Of a DNA stretch of 64,000 bases, positions 28,242 to 40,000 are shown piece by piece. Below the pieces are notes generated by a model. That model made no database searches and was not told the DNA's origin. It saw only the letters and a program-made list of their open reading frames with translations. A program made the position numbers and the translations under genes. Origin of the DNA: a virus. The stretch covers positions 1 to 64,000 of IMG/VR virus record IMGVR_UViG_3300025084_000007, one strand, 5' to 3'. How positions within the stretch are numbered: position 1 is the first letter of the stretch; each line of letters starts with the position of its first letter.

Positions 28242-31200
28242 ATGACAAGAACCGTACCTGGATCAGGAGCGATAATTAATCCGATCTTCGATGAAGTTTT
28301 CGGTGTTCGCGCTGTAGAATTAATTAGTGGTGGAACTGGATATGATCCTACCGACCCTCCAAGATTAACAATCGATGGTTGTGGCACCCCCGCTCAAGAA
28401 GCATTACTATATCCGATCATCGATGCTGATTCGGGTAAAATTATCCATGTCCGTGTTCTTGAAAGAGGTAGCGGATATGATCCTTTAAGACTTAAGATTG
28501 TTCCTACATCTGAAACACCAAATGTTTTAGATTCTTTTGACGTCAATAGAATCTGGCAAGACCATCCAAATGCATTAACAAGAGGCACCTTTCAGACCTC
28601 AGGTACACCTCCTGTTAAAAACGATAGACTCCGTATTGAGTCTGACAATCATCCCAAACCTACTTGGATATTTGAAGAGTCAGAACCTGGAGGTTCTGGA
28701 AATATTGTAGATAGATCTTTTGATCAAGTTTTTGTATATCGCGGTGGTAAAGATGTCCCTTTTCAGGGAGATAGAACTTTTCAAAATAACAAGGTTTTGG
28801 GAATTCTGGCAAACGGTGGTTTGTTGCATACTCCAGAATTTGGTACTTCTGGTAATGCCCCAACAAACTTTTCTATTGATACTGTAAAATATGATTATGT
28901 TAAAGGAACTAATGCAAATGATGTAGTTCTTGATGGCACTACTCATTATTATCAAACTAGTAAGACAATTGATGAGTTCAATAGTGCTAATGGAGTATTC
29001 CAGTGGGGATCTTTAGAGCAGTTCGTTTGGTATATTAAGGTAGAGTATGACAATATCATGCTTTATGTTGATAACATAGACGAAACTTTAAATCCAATTG
29101 AAGTAGGCAGGACAATAAATGAAGTAGGAGGAACTGCTTCGGGAGAAATTGCAAAGATTGTCAGGAATGCTCAGAACCAAATTGTTAGAATTTATTTAAG
29201 GCAGGTTATAGGATCATTTGAAGCAACTGATTTTATTCTAGGTTCGACTGGATTCCAATTTAGAGTCGCTGGTGATCCAGTTCTATTCCCCAATGGTCTC
29301 TTCTATATTGATTTTGGTGTTGATTCTCATGAGTTTGGTGATTTCATTCCTGGAGTCTATTACCTTTCCCCAGAAAGTATTAAGGTTCAAAGAAATTACT
29401 TAATTATTTGGGATCAATCCGATCCATCAAATCAACCGTCCGCTCACCATCTTCAAGGACATCCAATGCAACTTAGTACCACTCAAGATGGTACACTAAA
29501 CGGCGGTACTCTATATTACAATAGTACAGGTGCATCTGCTGCACCTGCTACTGATTATGAAAACGAGTTTACACCCTTATTCATTATGAATGAGGATGAG
29601 AATAATCGTATCTATTATTACTGCAAGTTTCACCGTTATATGTCGGGATACGAAGGTGATGAAGGATATATGTATCTCGATCCCGAGATTGAGGAAGAAG
29701 AAGAGCATGAAAATAATTACTTTTACAAGGATTACTATCAAACTGATTCAAATGATCCAAGCACTATTGATAGATCTAGGCATGTAGACGGTCACTCTAA
29801 AGTTCTTGGTATGTCCTTTGATGGATATCCCATTTACGGACCATTTGGATATGTTACTGGCAGAACCCCTGGCAGAATGACTAGTTCGTATAGGTTTAAA
29901 ACTACTACTGAACTTCCTGGTACTAGAGAGGAGGTTGTAACTGCTAGTACAATAACGTATGCTGTTACTGTTTCAAATTCTAAATTTTATTTTGATGGTC
30001 AAGAGCAAGAGTTACTGAATCTGAAAAGAGGAAAAACTTATATCTTTAATCAAGATGATGCCAGCAATACTGCTAATGGCAACTTCTTGATGTTCTCCTT
30101 GACCGAAGATGGTTGGCATAATACAGGAAGTTCACTTGATATCGGAACAACTTCATACCTATATGATGGTGAAGGTTCAGTTGAATATTATTTGGATGGA
30201 GTTCTAACACCATATGCCACATATCTGGGAGGATTTTCTAGTGCGACGACAAGAGAAATTCGTATCACTATTCCTGTAAATGCACCTCGTGTTGCTTATA
30301 TTTTCTCATATTCAAATTCTGGTTATGGATCTCGTCTTGTCAATGAAGGATATATTCTTGGTGATTTGACTCAGGATTATATCTATGATTCTGGTGTAGG
30401 TAATCTTGACGAATATAACGGTAAGTATGTTGTTACTCCCGAATATCCGAACGGTACTTATGCATATTTTATGACCGAAGATGGTAGTGGGAATCCAGTT
30501 TATCCATATGTGATTGGTCCTCAGTACTATGGGTCACCTATATTTGAAGGTGATGCTGTTCCTGAGCAGGTTGCAGTGTTCCCAACGGAAGCAGAAGGTG
30601 ATGTTGTTCTTAATGATGATGGCACCGTTTCATATATTAAGATGACTCGAAATGGTGATAACTTCTTTGGTACTGCAAAAGCAGTTATTCTTGGAGGTGA
30701 AGGAAGTGGTGCTACAGCAACTCCTGTCACTCAAACTGTTACTGGTTTATCATTGCTAAATGAAGGTAGAAGTTATGCAACACCACCAAACCTTATTTTT
30801 GAAGGTGGTGGTGGACAAGATGCTGAAGGTGCAGCATCAATTGATACTCTAGGTAAAGTCACGTCAATTAATATTGTTGATGGTGGCGAATTCTATCAGA
30901 CAGAACCATACATTCTTGTGACTGGTGGTGGTGGACTTGGCGCAAAGGCAAAAGCAGTTATCAGTCAAGGTGCAATTACTGGAATTGATATTACTGATCC
31001 TGGCAAAGGATATACATCTCCTCCAAATATTGTCTTCACTAGACTTGTAAATCTTAAGCGTAAAACTAGATCTCGTCAGGCATTCAATTCTTCTGATATT
31101 TACTTGACAGGTCTGGCTAAAGCACTTGGACCTAGTGATACTACGGTATATGTTACTTCTACAGATGCATATCCAGGATCTGGTTCTCTTATTATTGATA

Positions 31201-32459
31201 AGGAAACTATTTCATATACTTCCAAGAGTAGAGGTAGATTTACTGGAATTACTAGAGGTGTTAATTTTAAATATGACCAAAGAGTTATATTAGATGATGG
31301 GCAGAATGATGCTAATGGAGATTCCAACTATCAGTTTAATGTTGGTGATAGAGTAATTCGTAGGGTTGAGAATGCTACTAGTAAGATTGCTAAAGTATAT
31401 GATTGGGATCCTAGTACCAGGGAACTTTTAGTTACTTTTGAAGTTGACGAACTTGCATTTATTGATGCTGGAATTCCTTCAACGACTGATGCTATTGTTC
31501 AGTTTGATGCTGGTGTTGCAAATAGTAGTGGAACAGGTGTTCTTCCACATACAATTATTGATGCAGTTGGCAGTAACATATCTACTTTAACAGTACCTAT
31601 TGGATCAATTGTAGATAAGGCATTTGAAGATAATGATGAGAACGAAGATCCATTAAATCCAGGAACATTCCTAGGAGATGGTATTGCAGATTTAATTAAT
31701 ACTGCTACAGATTATGCAAGTCAAATCAATCTAGATGGCGGCATTTATGATTCGTTATATGGTATCGAAGAAACACAAGGTGGACAAAATACCACACTAC
31801 TTCAGGTTGGAGATAATATCAAAGACGCAGATATACCATTCAAATATGCCACAATTACTGCTGCAGGTGGATTGAGTGATGGTGTTGAACACCCCATTCT
31901 TTTGACACTTACTTTAGATTCTGCTAATGGAAATGGTCAAAATTATAGTACAAATGAAATTGTAACTGGTGCCATCTCAGGTATTCAAGGAACGGTAGTA
32001 TCTTGGGATATTACTACATCAAAATTAGTATTGAAGGATATTGTTCCTTATAATACAAATAATGTCAATATTGGTGTAAATGGATATCTGTATGAGTTCT
32101 CAAGTAACAGTACAGTTGTTGATATGGTTATTGTAAATAACGGAACAAACTATACCGCAGTTCCAAATATTGTTATTGAAAGTACTGGCGACATTCAAGC
32201 GACTGGTACTGCTGTAATGTCAACATCTGGTGACCGAGTAGATTCCATAACCATCACAAATGGAGGTTACGGAATTGATCAAACAGTGGACAATAGTTAC
32301 AATCTACACCCAACGATTACATTTACAAATACTGGTGGTGATACCACTGGTTCTGGTGCAGCGGCTCAGGCAGTTTTGGGTGGAGAAAATATAACTGGTA
32401 ATGGTGGAGCAACCTACCGCATCAAATCTGTTGAATACTCGACATTAGTTCGCTCGTAA
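28242..32459 (+). CDS. virion structural protein with YHYH-like and cupredoxin-like domains
   Basis: [17 protein letters not shown] and LDEYNG...[12 protein letters not shown] motifs; GxGY repeats; in the baseplate cluster. Confidence 0.8.
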   Translation: MTRTVPGSGAIINPIFDEVFGVRAVELISGGTGYDPTDPPRLTIDGCGTPAQEALLYPIIDADSGKIIHVRVLERGSGYDPLRLKIVPTSETPNVLDSFDVNRIWQDHPNALTRGTFQTSGTPPVKNDRLRIESDNHPKPTWIFEESEPGGSGNIVDRSFDQVFVYRGGKDVPFQGDRTFQNNKVLGILANGGLLHTPEFGTSGNAPTNFSIDTVKYDYVKGTNANDVVLDGTTHYYQTSKTIDEFNSANGVFQWGSLEQFVWYIKVEYDNIMLYVDNIDETLNPIEVGRTINEVGGTASGEIAKIVRNAQNQIVRIYLRQVIGSFEATDFILGSTGFQFRVAGDPVLFPNGLFYIDFGVDSHEFGDFIPGVYYLSPESIKVQRNYLIIWDQSDPSNQPSAHHLQGHPMQLSTTQDGTLNGGTLYYNSTGASAAPATDYENEFTPLFIMNEDENNRIYYYCKFHRYMSGYEGDEGYMYLDPEIEEEEEHENNYFYKDYYQTDSNDPSTIDRSRHVDGHSKVLGMSFDGYPIYGPFGYVTGRTPGRMTSSYRFKTTTELPGTREEVVTASTITYAVTVSNSKFYFDGQEQELLNLKRGKTYIFNQDDASNTANGNFLMFSLTEDGWHNTGSSLDIGTTSYLYDGEGSVEYYLDGVLTPYATYLGGFSSATTREIRITIPVNAPRVAYIFSYSNSGYGSRLVNEGYILGDLTQDYIYDSGVGNLDEYNGKYVVTPEYPNGTYAYFMTEDGSGNPVYPYVIGPQYYGSPIFEGDAVPEQVAVFPTEAEGDVVLNDDGTVSYIKMTRNGDNFFGTAKAVILGGEGSGATATPVTQTVTGLSLLNEGRSYATPPNLIFEGGGGQDAEGAASIDTLGKVTSINIVDGGEFYQTEPYILVTGGGGLGAKAKAVISQGAITGIDITDPGKGYTSPPNIVFTRLVNLKRKTRSRQAFNSSDIYLTGLAKALGPSDTTVYVTSTDAYPGSGSLIIDKETISYTSKSRGRFTGITRGVNFKYDQRVILDDGQNDANGDSNYQFNVGDRVIRRVENATSKIAKVYDWDPSTRELLVTFEVDELAFIDAGIPSTTDAIVQFDAGVANSSGTGVLPHTIIDAVGSNISTLTVPIGSIVDKAFEDNDENEDPLNPGTFLGDGIADLINTATDYASQINLDGGIYDSLYGIEETQGGQNTTLLQVGDNIKDADIPFKYATITAAGGLSDGVEHPILLTLTLDSANGNGQNYSTNEIVTGAISGIQGTVVSWDITTSKLVLKDIVPYNTNNVNIGVNGYLYEFSSNSTVVDMVIVNNGTNYTAVPNIVIESTGDIQATGTAVMSTSGDRVDSITITNGGYGIDQTVDNSYNLHPTITFTNTGGDTTGSGAAAQAVLGGENITGNGGATYRIKSVEYSTLVRS

Positions 32460-32463
32460 CCTT

Positions 32464-32471
32464 CATAAATA
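32464..32471 (+). promoter_or_regulatory. T4-type late promoter
   Basis: CATAAATA upstream of gp8. Confidence 0.65.
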
Positions 32472-32498
32472 AACAAGAGGACAATAATCCCTTAGGAA

Positions 32499-34031
32499 AT
32501 GGCAGCTCTATTAACTGATCAATTTAGGATTTTCTCAGCGAGAAAGTTCATTAAGGCATTGGAAGGACCCGATGCCACTCAGAGTGATGATGTAGCAGGT
32601 ACTACGAGAGATCGTTTGTATCTGTTCATTGGTCGTCCTCAAACGTGGGATAATGAAAATTCTCCTCCTCAAGCAGTAGATTCCTTCCAGGAATTTTCTG
32701 GTTCTTATGATGACATGATCTCTCTGAAGCGCGTCCTCGCTTCTGATACGGTTCAGGTTGTTCGTCGTATTGACTGGGTTTCTCCAGAGCAGACTACGGG
32801 TGGACTTGGTTTCACCTATGACATGTATCGTCATGATTATTCTCCTAGCAAGACTGCTTCCTCAGGTGCTACCAAACTTTATGATTCAGATTTTTATGTT
32901 GTAAACTCACAATATCAAGTTTACAAGGTAATCTATAACGGAACATCTCCCTCGGATCCTAACGGCAAACCCTCTACAGTTGAACCTACAGGTTCTTCTA
33001 CTAGTATCATCACTACAGGTGATGGATATCGTTGGAAGTACATGTATACGATTCCCGTTGCCTCGGTCCTTAAGTTTTTCTCCAATGATTATATGCCCGT
33101 CTTTACAAATGACGCGGTAAAAACCAATGCAGTTGCTGGAGAAATTGACACAGTAGTCATCAGTTCTGCAGGTTCTGGATATAATAACGGAACTTATGAT
33201 AATGTCGCTATCAATGGCGATGGTACTGGCGGTAGAGTTTCTATTGTTATTGACGGTGGTAGAATTATTTCTGCTACTGTAACTTCTGGTGGTACTGGAT
33301 ATACATTCGGTAAACTCAGTATTGATTCTATCACTGGTATTGGTACTGGTGCTAGCGGTATTGTTGATGTTATCATGCCTCCTCCTGGTGGGCATGGTTC
33401 TGATTCTGTTGTAGAACTTGGTGCCTTCCGAGTCATGGTTAATGCCAAACTTTCTTATGATGAAGGTGCTGGTGATTTCCCTATCGATAACGACTACCGT
33501 CGTATTGGTCTTGTTACCAATCCTCTAAAGTTTGGTACTGAAGAACTCATTTCTGATTTGACAGTTTCTGCTGCTAAAGCAGTTATCTTCTCTCCAACAT
33601 TTCAAGGCAACTATGTTCCTGATGAAATTATTACTCAAACAAGAGTTGTTGGTGGTGTAAGTATCACTGGTCGTGGCAGAGTGATTTCATGGAATCCTAC
33701 TACTAAAGTATTGAAGTACTATCAGAACTCAATTGATGGTATTTTCCCTGAAGTTACAGGCACGCAAAACGAACTTGACGGTTCTAATGTTATTAGTGGG
33801 GCAACTTCTGGTGCTGCTGGGCAACCAGATGTAAACTTCCCTGCTGTTCCCAACTCATCTTCCAGAACAATTAATAATACGGAATATGATTTGGGCATGA
33901 AGTTCAATAATGGATATGGAAAACCCGAAATCAAGTCAAACAGCGGTAACGTTGTTTACATAGATAATAGACGGGCAATCAGTCGTGCAAACGACCAGGT
34001 AGAAGACATCAAAATCGTAATCGAATTCTAA
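32499..34031 (+). CDS. gp8: baseplate wedge subunit gp8
   Basis: LYLFIGRPQTW, VVRRIDW, DGYRWKYMYTI, YIDNRRAISR...EDIKIVIEF motifs. Confidence 0.92.
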   Translation: MAALLTDQFRIFSARKFIKALEGPDATQSDDVAGTTRDRLYLFIGRPQTWDNENSPPQAVDSFQEFSGSYDDMISLKRVLASDTVQVVRRIDWVSPEQTTGGLGFTYDMYRHDYSPSKTASSGATKLYDSDFYVVNSQYQVYKVIYNGTSPSDPNGKPSTVEPTGSSTSIITTGDGYRWKYMYTIPVASVLKFFSNDYMPVFTNDAVKTNAVAGEIDTVVISSAGSGYNNGTYDNVAINGDGTGGRVSIVIDGGRIISATVTSGGTGYTFGKLSIDSITGIGTGASGIVDVIMPPPGGHGSDSVVELGAFRVMVNAKLSYDEGAGDFPIDNDYRRIGLVTNPLKFGTEELISDLTVSAAKAVIFSPTFQGNYVPDEIITQTRVVGGVSITGRGRVISWNPTTKVLKYYQNSIDGIFPEVTGTQNELDGSNVISGATSGAAGQPDVNFPAVPNSSSRTINNTEYDLGMKFNNGYGKPEIKSNSGNVVYIDNRRAISRANDQVEDIKIVIEF

Positions 34032-37000
34032 TGGCACAAAATACCAATCTAAACGTTACACCCTATTACGACGATTTCGATAAAGATAAGAATTTTTATC
34101 GAGTTCTATTTCGTCCTGGTTTTCCAATTCAGGCAAGAGAACTTACCACGATGCAGAGCATTCTGCAAAACCAGGTTGAGAATGTAGGTTCTCACCTGTT
34201 CAAGGATGGCGCAATGGTCATTCCAGGTCAAGTAGGTTATGACCTGACAGTTGACGCTATCATGCTTCAGGAGTCATTCCTTGGTGCCGATGTTGAGTCT
34301 TACAGGTCTCAATTAAATGGATTGATTATTGAAGGTCTGTCAACTGGTGTTAAGGCAAAAGTTCTATACAGCATCTCTTCTACCGAATCTGATAAAGGAT
34401 ATATTACCTTATATGTAAAGTATATTGAATCTGGTGGTACTGATAATTCAACTGAACTGTTTGCAAGTAATGAACAGTTAGTTACAAATACAGAAATTAC
34501 TTTCGGCACAACTCTAATTGAGGTGGGTTCTCCCTTCGCTCAGTTACTGCCTACAGATGCACTACAGCAAGGTTCTGTTTCGTATGTACAGCAAGGTGTG
34601 TACTTCATCAGAGGTTTCTTTGTCGATGTAGATTATCAGTATATCCTTCTTGACCAGTATGGAAGTAACCCCTCCTATCGTATCGGTCTCAACATTCAAG
34701 AATCGATTGTTACCCCAGAAGACGACCTTAGTCTTAACGATAACGCTGCTGGAACATCTAACTATGCTGCTCCTGGTTCTCATAGATTTAGAATCAAGAC
34801 AACATTAATCAAGAAACTTCTAACTGATGATGCCGATAAGAACTTTATCGAACTCCTTCGTATCAACAACTCTAAGGTAGAGAAGTTAGTTGATAGAACT
34901 GCATTAAATGAATTAGAAAAGGGTCTTGCATTAAGGACTTATGAAGAATCTGGCAACTATGTTGTAAAAGATTTTGAAATCACTGTCAGAGAAAGTCTTG
35001 ACGATGGATTCAATAATGGTGTATATCCTGCAGGGATGACAACTTCCAATGGAACTGTTACCTCTGATGATAAGTATGCTGTTGAATTTGGTGCTGGTGT
35101 TGCATACATTAGAGGTTATAGAGTTAAACGTCTTTCTCCATCGTATGTAGATTTAGATAAACCTCGTGAAACTTTAGATGCACAAAATGTTATTGTCCCA
35201 TTTGAAATGGGTAACTATAGCAATGTTAATAACATCTTTGGATTCCCTAATACATCGGGTTCCACTATTACTAATGCGTATCACACTGTAGAACTGAGAG
35301 ATGTTGCCACTTCTTCTGCAGGTTCTGCTGCAGGAGATTTGATTGGATATGCCAGAGTCACATCAATCGAGCATCTTGCCGATCCTGATAACACCTTCGG
35401 TAACACTGATGATCAGTACAAACTGAATATCATGGATGTTCAGATGTTCACTGTATTAGAACTCGCTAGTGCTAAGAGTATCCCTCAGGGTTCTTTGGTA
35501 GTTGGTGGAACTTCTGGTGCTAGAGCATATATTGTATCTGCCACAACTTCTAGTGATAGAGTTGATGTATATCAAGTAGAAGGAACATTCCTACAGAATG
35601 AAATGCTTCTGCTTGATGGATCATTCCTTGATACTATCAATCATATCCATACTTATCAGTATTCTGATACACGTCAGTTTGTTGCAAGAGATGAATCAAC
35701 TCTTGCTATTGAATTTACTGCTGATGTAGTTCTTGAAGATGTTCAATTGGTGGAAGGTAGTACTTTCACTTATGATGCAACTGGTGGATCTGAAACTATC
35801 ACAGGTCTTCAGTCAAACTTTGCTCTGGATCTTCGTCCTGGAGACAAAATCTTCTTTAATAGTACTGAATTTGTAACTGTTGATCTAGTTACTCCTGGCA
35901 ATCTTGCTACTGGAGGTGTCGCATCAATCTTCAATTATGCATCTCAGACTGTTAATGTAACTCCTCCTAGCAGCAACTTCCCTAGTGCAGGAACTTATAA
36001 TACTTTACTTAGATATAGAACTCAATTATTTGATGTTGCTAATGCAGATCTTCTTAGTGATATGCCTAAGAAGTATATTAAGAGTATCTCTGACGAATCT
36101 ATGATCGTTAGAAGAACTTTTGATGCTCAAACAGTTTCTTCAGATTCAATCTCAATCACATTACCAGAGAATGAGCAGTTTGAAAGTATTACTGATCAAA
36201 CATATACTGTAACTGTATTAGCAGGTACAAATTCCACTCATCCTGTTGGAGATCAAATCACACTAGATACTGTTACTACTAGTGCTCTTGGTTATATCTC
36301 ATTCACATCAGCAGATAGAACTACTCTGCAGATTGAAAATCTTACAAATATCACATCAGTTAAAGTAACTGCTACGATTTCTAAGAATGTAACTGTCAGA
36401 AAAACTAAATCTGGCAATGAGATGTTTGTTTTAAAAGTAACAAACACTATTGCTAATTTAGATAAGCAAAATTATAGTTTAACTTATTCTAACCTTTATG
36501 GTACTAGAATCGAAGATAGGGAATTATCACTCGGTCTGACAGATAGTTATAGATTACATGCCGTATATGAGTCTAATGATGATAACGATCCTGTCATTCC
36601 ATCAGTAGTTTTAGTTGAACCTGTATTCTTTGCCAATGGCACTATTGTAACTGGTAGAACATCCAAAGCAAGAGCAAAGGTTGTCGATTTTGCATCAGGT
36701 AGTTTAAAACTTAGTTTGGTTTATATTACTGGATCCTTATTACCTGGCGAAACTGTAGATGGTTTTGACAGTACTGGAGCAGCAATTTCTGCTATCATCA
36801 ATGACAGCGAAGGTTCTGTTGTAGCTGGTTCTAAAGTGGTAACCGATAATTACTTCCTAGAAGTTGCACAGACTGGATTTATCTATAATATCTCAAGAGT
36901 AATTCGTAAGAAAGGCACTATTGCCCCTATCAGAAAACTGAAACTTGTTCTTGACTACTATACACATTCTTCAACTGGTGATTATTTTAGTGGACAGTCA

Positions 37001-40000
37001 TATCTGAATACTGATTATACTGATATTCCCTTCTTCAAGTTCAAATTCCTCGCAGATTACCTAGATTTCCGTCCAGGTGTAAAGAATTTGTATAGTGGAA
37101 CTGGTACTGTATCATCTCCAGCATACGTAAACTGCTCTACATTCGACTTCAAGTCACGAGTCTTTAATATCTCAGGCACTCCGAACGCAACTGTTTTTGA
37201 TATTCCTAAGTTGAACAGCAATTTCCGCTGTGACTTTAATTGGTATCTGCCTAGAAAGGATAAAGCATTCATCACACCAGATGGTGAGTTCCAGATTATC
37301 AAAGGTAAGTCTTCGGATACTCCAGAAGAACCCGATGATTTGAAAGATGGTATGCTTCTTGCTACTATTAGTCACAAACCATATGGTTTTGATCCTGAAA
37401 ATGACACTGTAATTGTTCGTTCCGATAACAGACGCTATACAATGCGTGATATCGGTGCTATTGAGCGTCGTCTAGATCAAGTTGAATATTACACATCACT
37501 CAATCTACTTGAAAGTGATACTTTTAATAGTCAGATTTTGGATTCTAGTGGAAAGAATCGTTTAAAGAATGGATTTATTGTTGACGACTTTAGTGATCAC
37601 GGCAAATCTGATACTGCTCATGAAGATTTCTCAGCAGCACTTGATTTTGAGTTTGGAGAATGTCGTCCAGCGCACTACACAACCAATGTACCTTTAATTA
37701 TTAATGAGAGTCTATCAACAAATTATCAGCAGACTGGTCCTCTAATTACATTACCTTACACTGAACTCAAGATTATTGAGCAACCATATGCATCTAGAGT
37801 TGAAAATATCAACCCATTTAATGTCTTCACATATATTGGACGTATTACATTAACTCCTGGTTCTGATGATTGGTTGGATACTTCCAGAGTTCCTGCAAGA
37901 GTCACACAAATTGAAGGAGATTTCCAACAAGTTTCTTCTGAACTGAATGTTGACCAGAATGGTTTTGCTCCTATTCAATGGAGAGCATGGCAAACTAATT
38001 GGACTGGTGAAAGAACTCTTGGTTCTAGAACTACCAGAAACAGCGGATGGTTGGCACAAGATAGAGGTAGATCACCTAACCCTGGTGTCTGGGGTGGTCG
38101 TGGTATGCGTCGTATTAATAGAACAACAACACTTGAAACGACAGGTTCACAAACTCGTCAGGGTGTAAGAAGTAGAGTTATTCCTAGAATTGACAGACAA
38201 TCCTTAGGTGATAGTATTCTTTCTAGTACTAGTATTCCTTGGATTCGTTCTAGAAACATTGACGTTGATGTTGCTCGTTTAAAGCCAAGAACTCGTTTCT
38301 ATTCATTCTTTGATGGTAGATCTACAGTCGATTATCAAATTCCTAAAATGATTGAAATCATTAAGGATCCATCGATTGATACCAGAACAAACTCAACACC
38401 ATTCGTTATCGGTGAAACTGTAACAGGTTTGACCTCTGGATGTAAGTTTAAAGTTGCTGCACCAAATGACTTCTATAGATTCAATCCATATGATGACAGT
38501 GTACTTCCTGAGTCTTATGCATCTACAACAGCATTCCTGAATATCGATACTGTTGAACTATCGAAGCAGGCAACTGGTGATTACTATGGTAACTTCCAAG
38601 TTCAGGAAGTTCTAGTTGGTACTTCTGGTGCAACAGCAGTTGTAAGAGACCGTCGTTTAATTTCAGATCGTTTCGGTAAACTCAGATCTTCATTCTTTAT
38701 TCCGTCTCCATCTCTTGACACCAATCCTAGATGGGCAACTGGTACTAGAACATTGAGATTGTCTACATCTGACACCGATTCACGTCTTGGGGGTGCTGTT
38801 GCATCTGCTGCTGAAACTAATTATGAAGCATCTGGTACTTTGAACACTATCCAAGAAAATGTTCTTGCTGTTCGTAATGCTGAAGTTGTTCGTGATACTG
38901 TAACTCAGAATAGAACAGTTCGTTCTACTAGAACTGAGATTAGACAGATTGGTTGGTATGACCCTCTGGCACAATCATTCATTGTTGATGAAACTGATGG
39001 TGTATTCCTGACTTCTATTGATGTATATTTCTTCAAGAAAGATGACAATATTCCTGTTTCGATGCAAATCAGAACTATGGAAAATGGTTATCCAACAACA
39101 ACCATTCTGCCATTCTCCGATGTAACCCTTGAACCTGATACTGTTCAGTTATCAGAAACTGCTGCTGTTCCTACTAAGTTTACGTTTGATGCACCAGTAT
39201 TCATTCCTCAGTCAGTTGAACATTGTTTTGTTCTCCTATCAGACTCCAACTCTTATCAGATCTGGATCTCTAGAATGGGTGAGCAAGATATTACTGGAGA
39301 CAGAACAATTTCTGAGCAACCATATGCTGGTGTTCTATTCAAATCACAGAACGCATCTACATGGACTGCTGACCAGTATGAAGATCTCAAGTTTATCGTT
39401 AACCGTGCAGACTTCACCAATACATTGAACAGTAGATTGGTTGTTAATAATTCAGCATTAGCAAGAGGTAATGGTGGTGAGTTGAATCTTCGCAGAGATG
39501 CTATTCAAACATTCACTCCTGAGTTAGTTCTGACATTAAACTCAACTACATTACCTTATACCGTTGGATCTCGTATCTACCAGAAAACGACTTTAGCAGA
39601 AGGTACTATCTCCGCTGTAACAACTACTGTTGCTGGAGTTCTATTGACAATCAATGATATTAATGGTACTTGGGCAGCAGGTTCTAACACTGGTGGATCC
39701 ATTTCTAACCGTGTAGTTTCATCTAAGACACTAGCAACTATGGTTGTTAGTACTCCCACAGGAGACTTTACTCCTGGTGAAACTATTACTGGTAATAGTG
39801 CTGATGCACCAACTGCAGAAGTTGTAACTTGGAACTCAGGAACCAATACATTGACACTTCGTTATGTATCTACTGACTTTACTCCTACCACAGAGACTAT
39901 CTCTGGTGGAACTTCTTCTATCACAGCAACAGTTAGTTCAATTGTTTACAGTGGAGATGCTGTTGAAGCTTCTGCAGTTAGCGATTCGTTCGTTAGTGCA

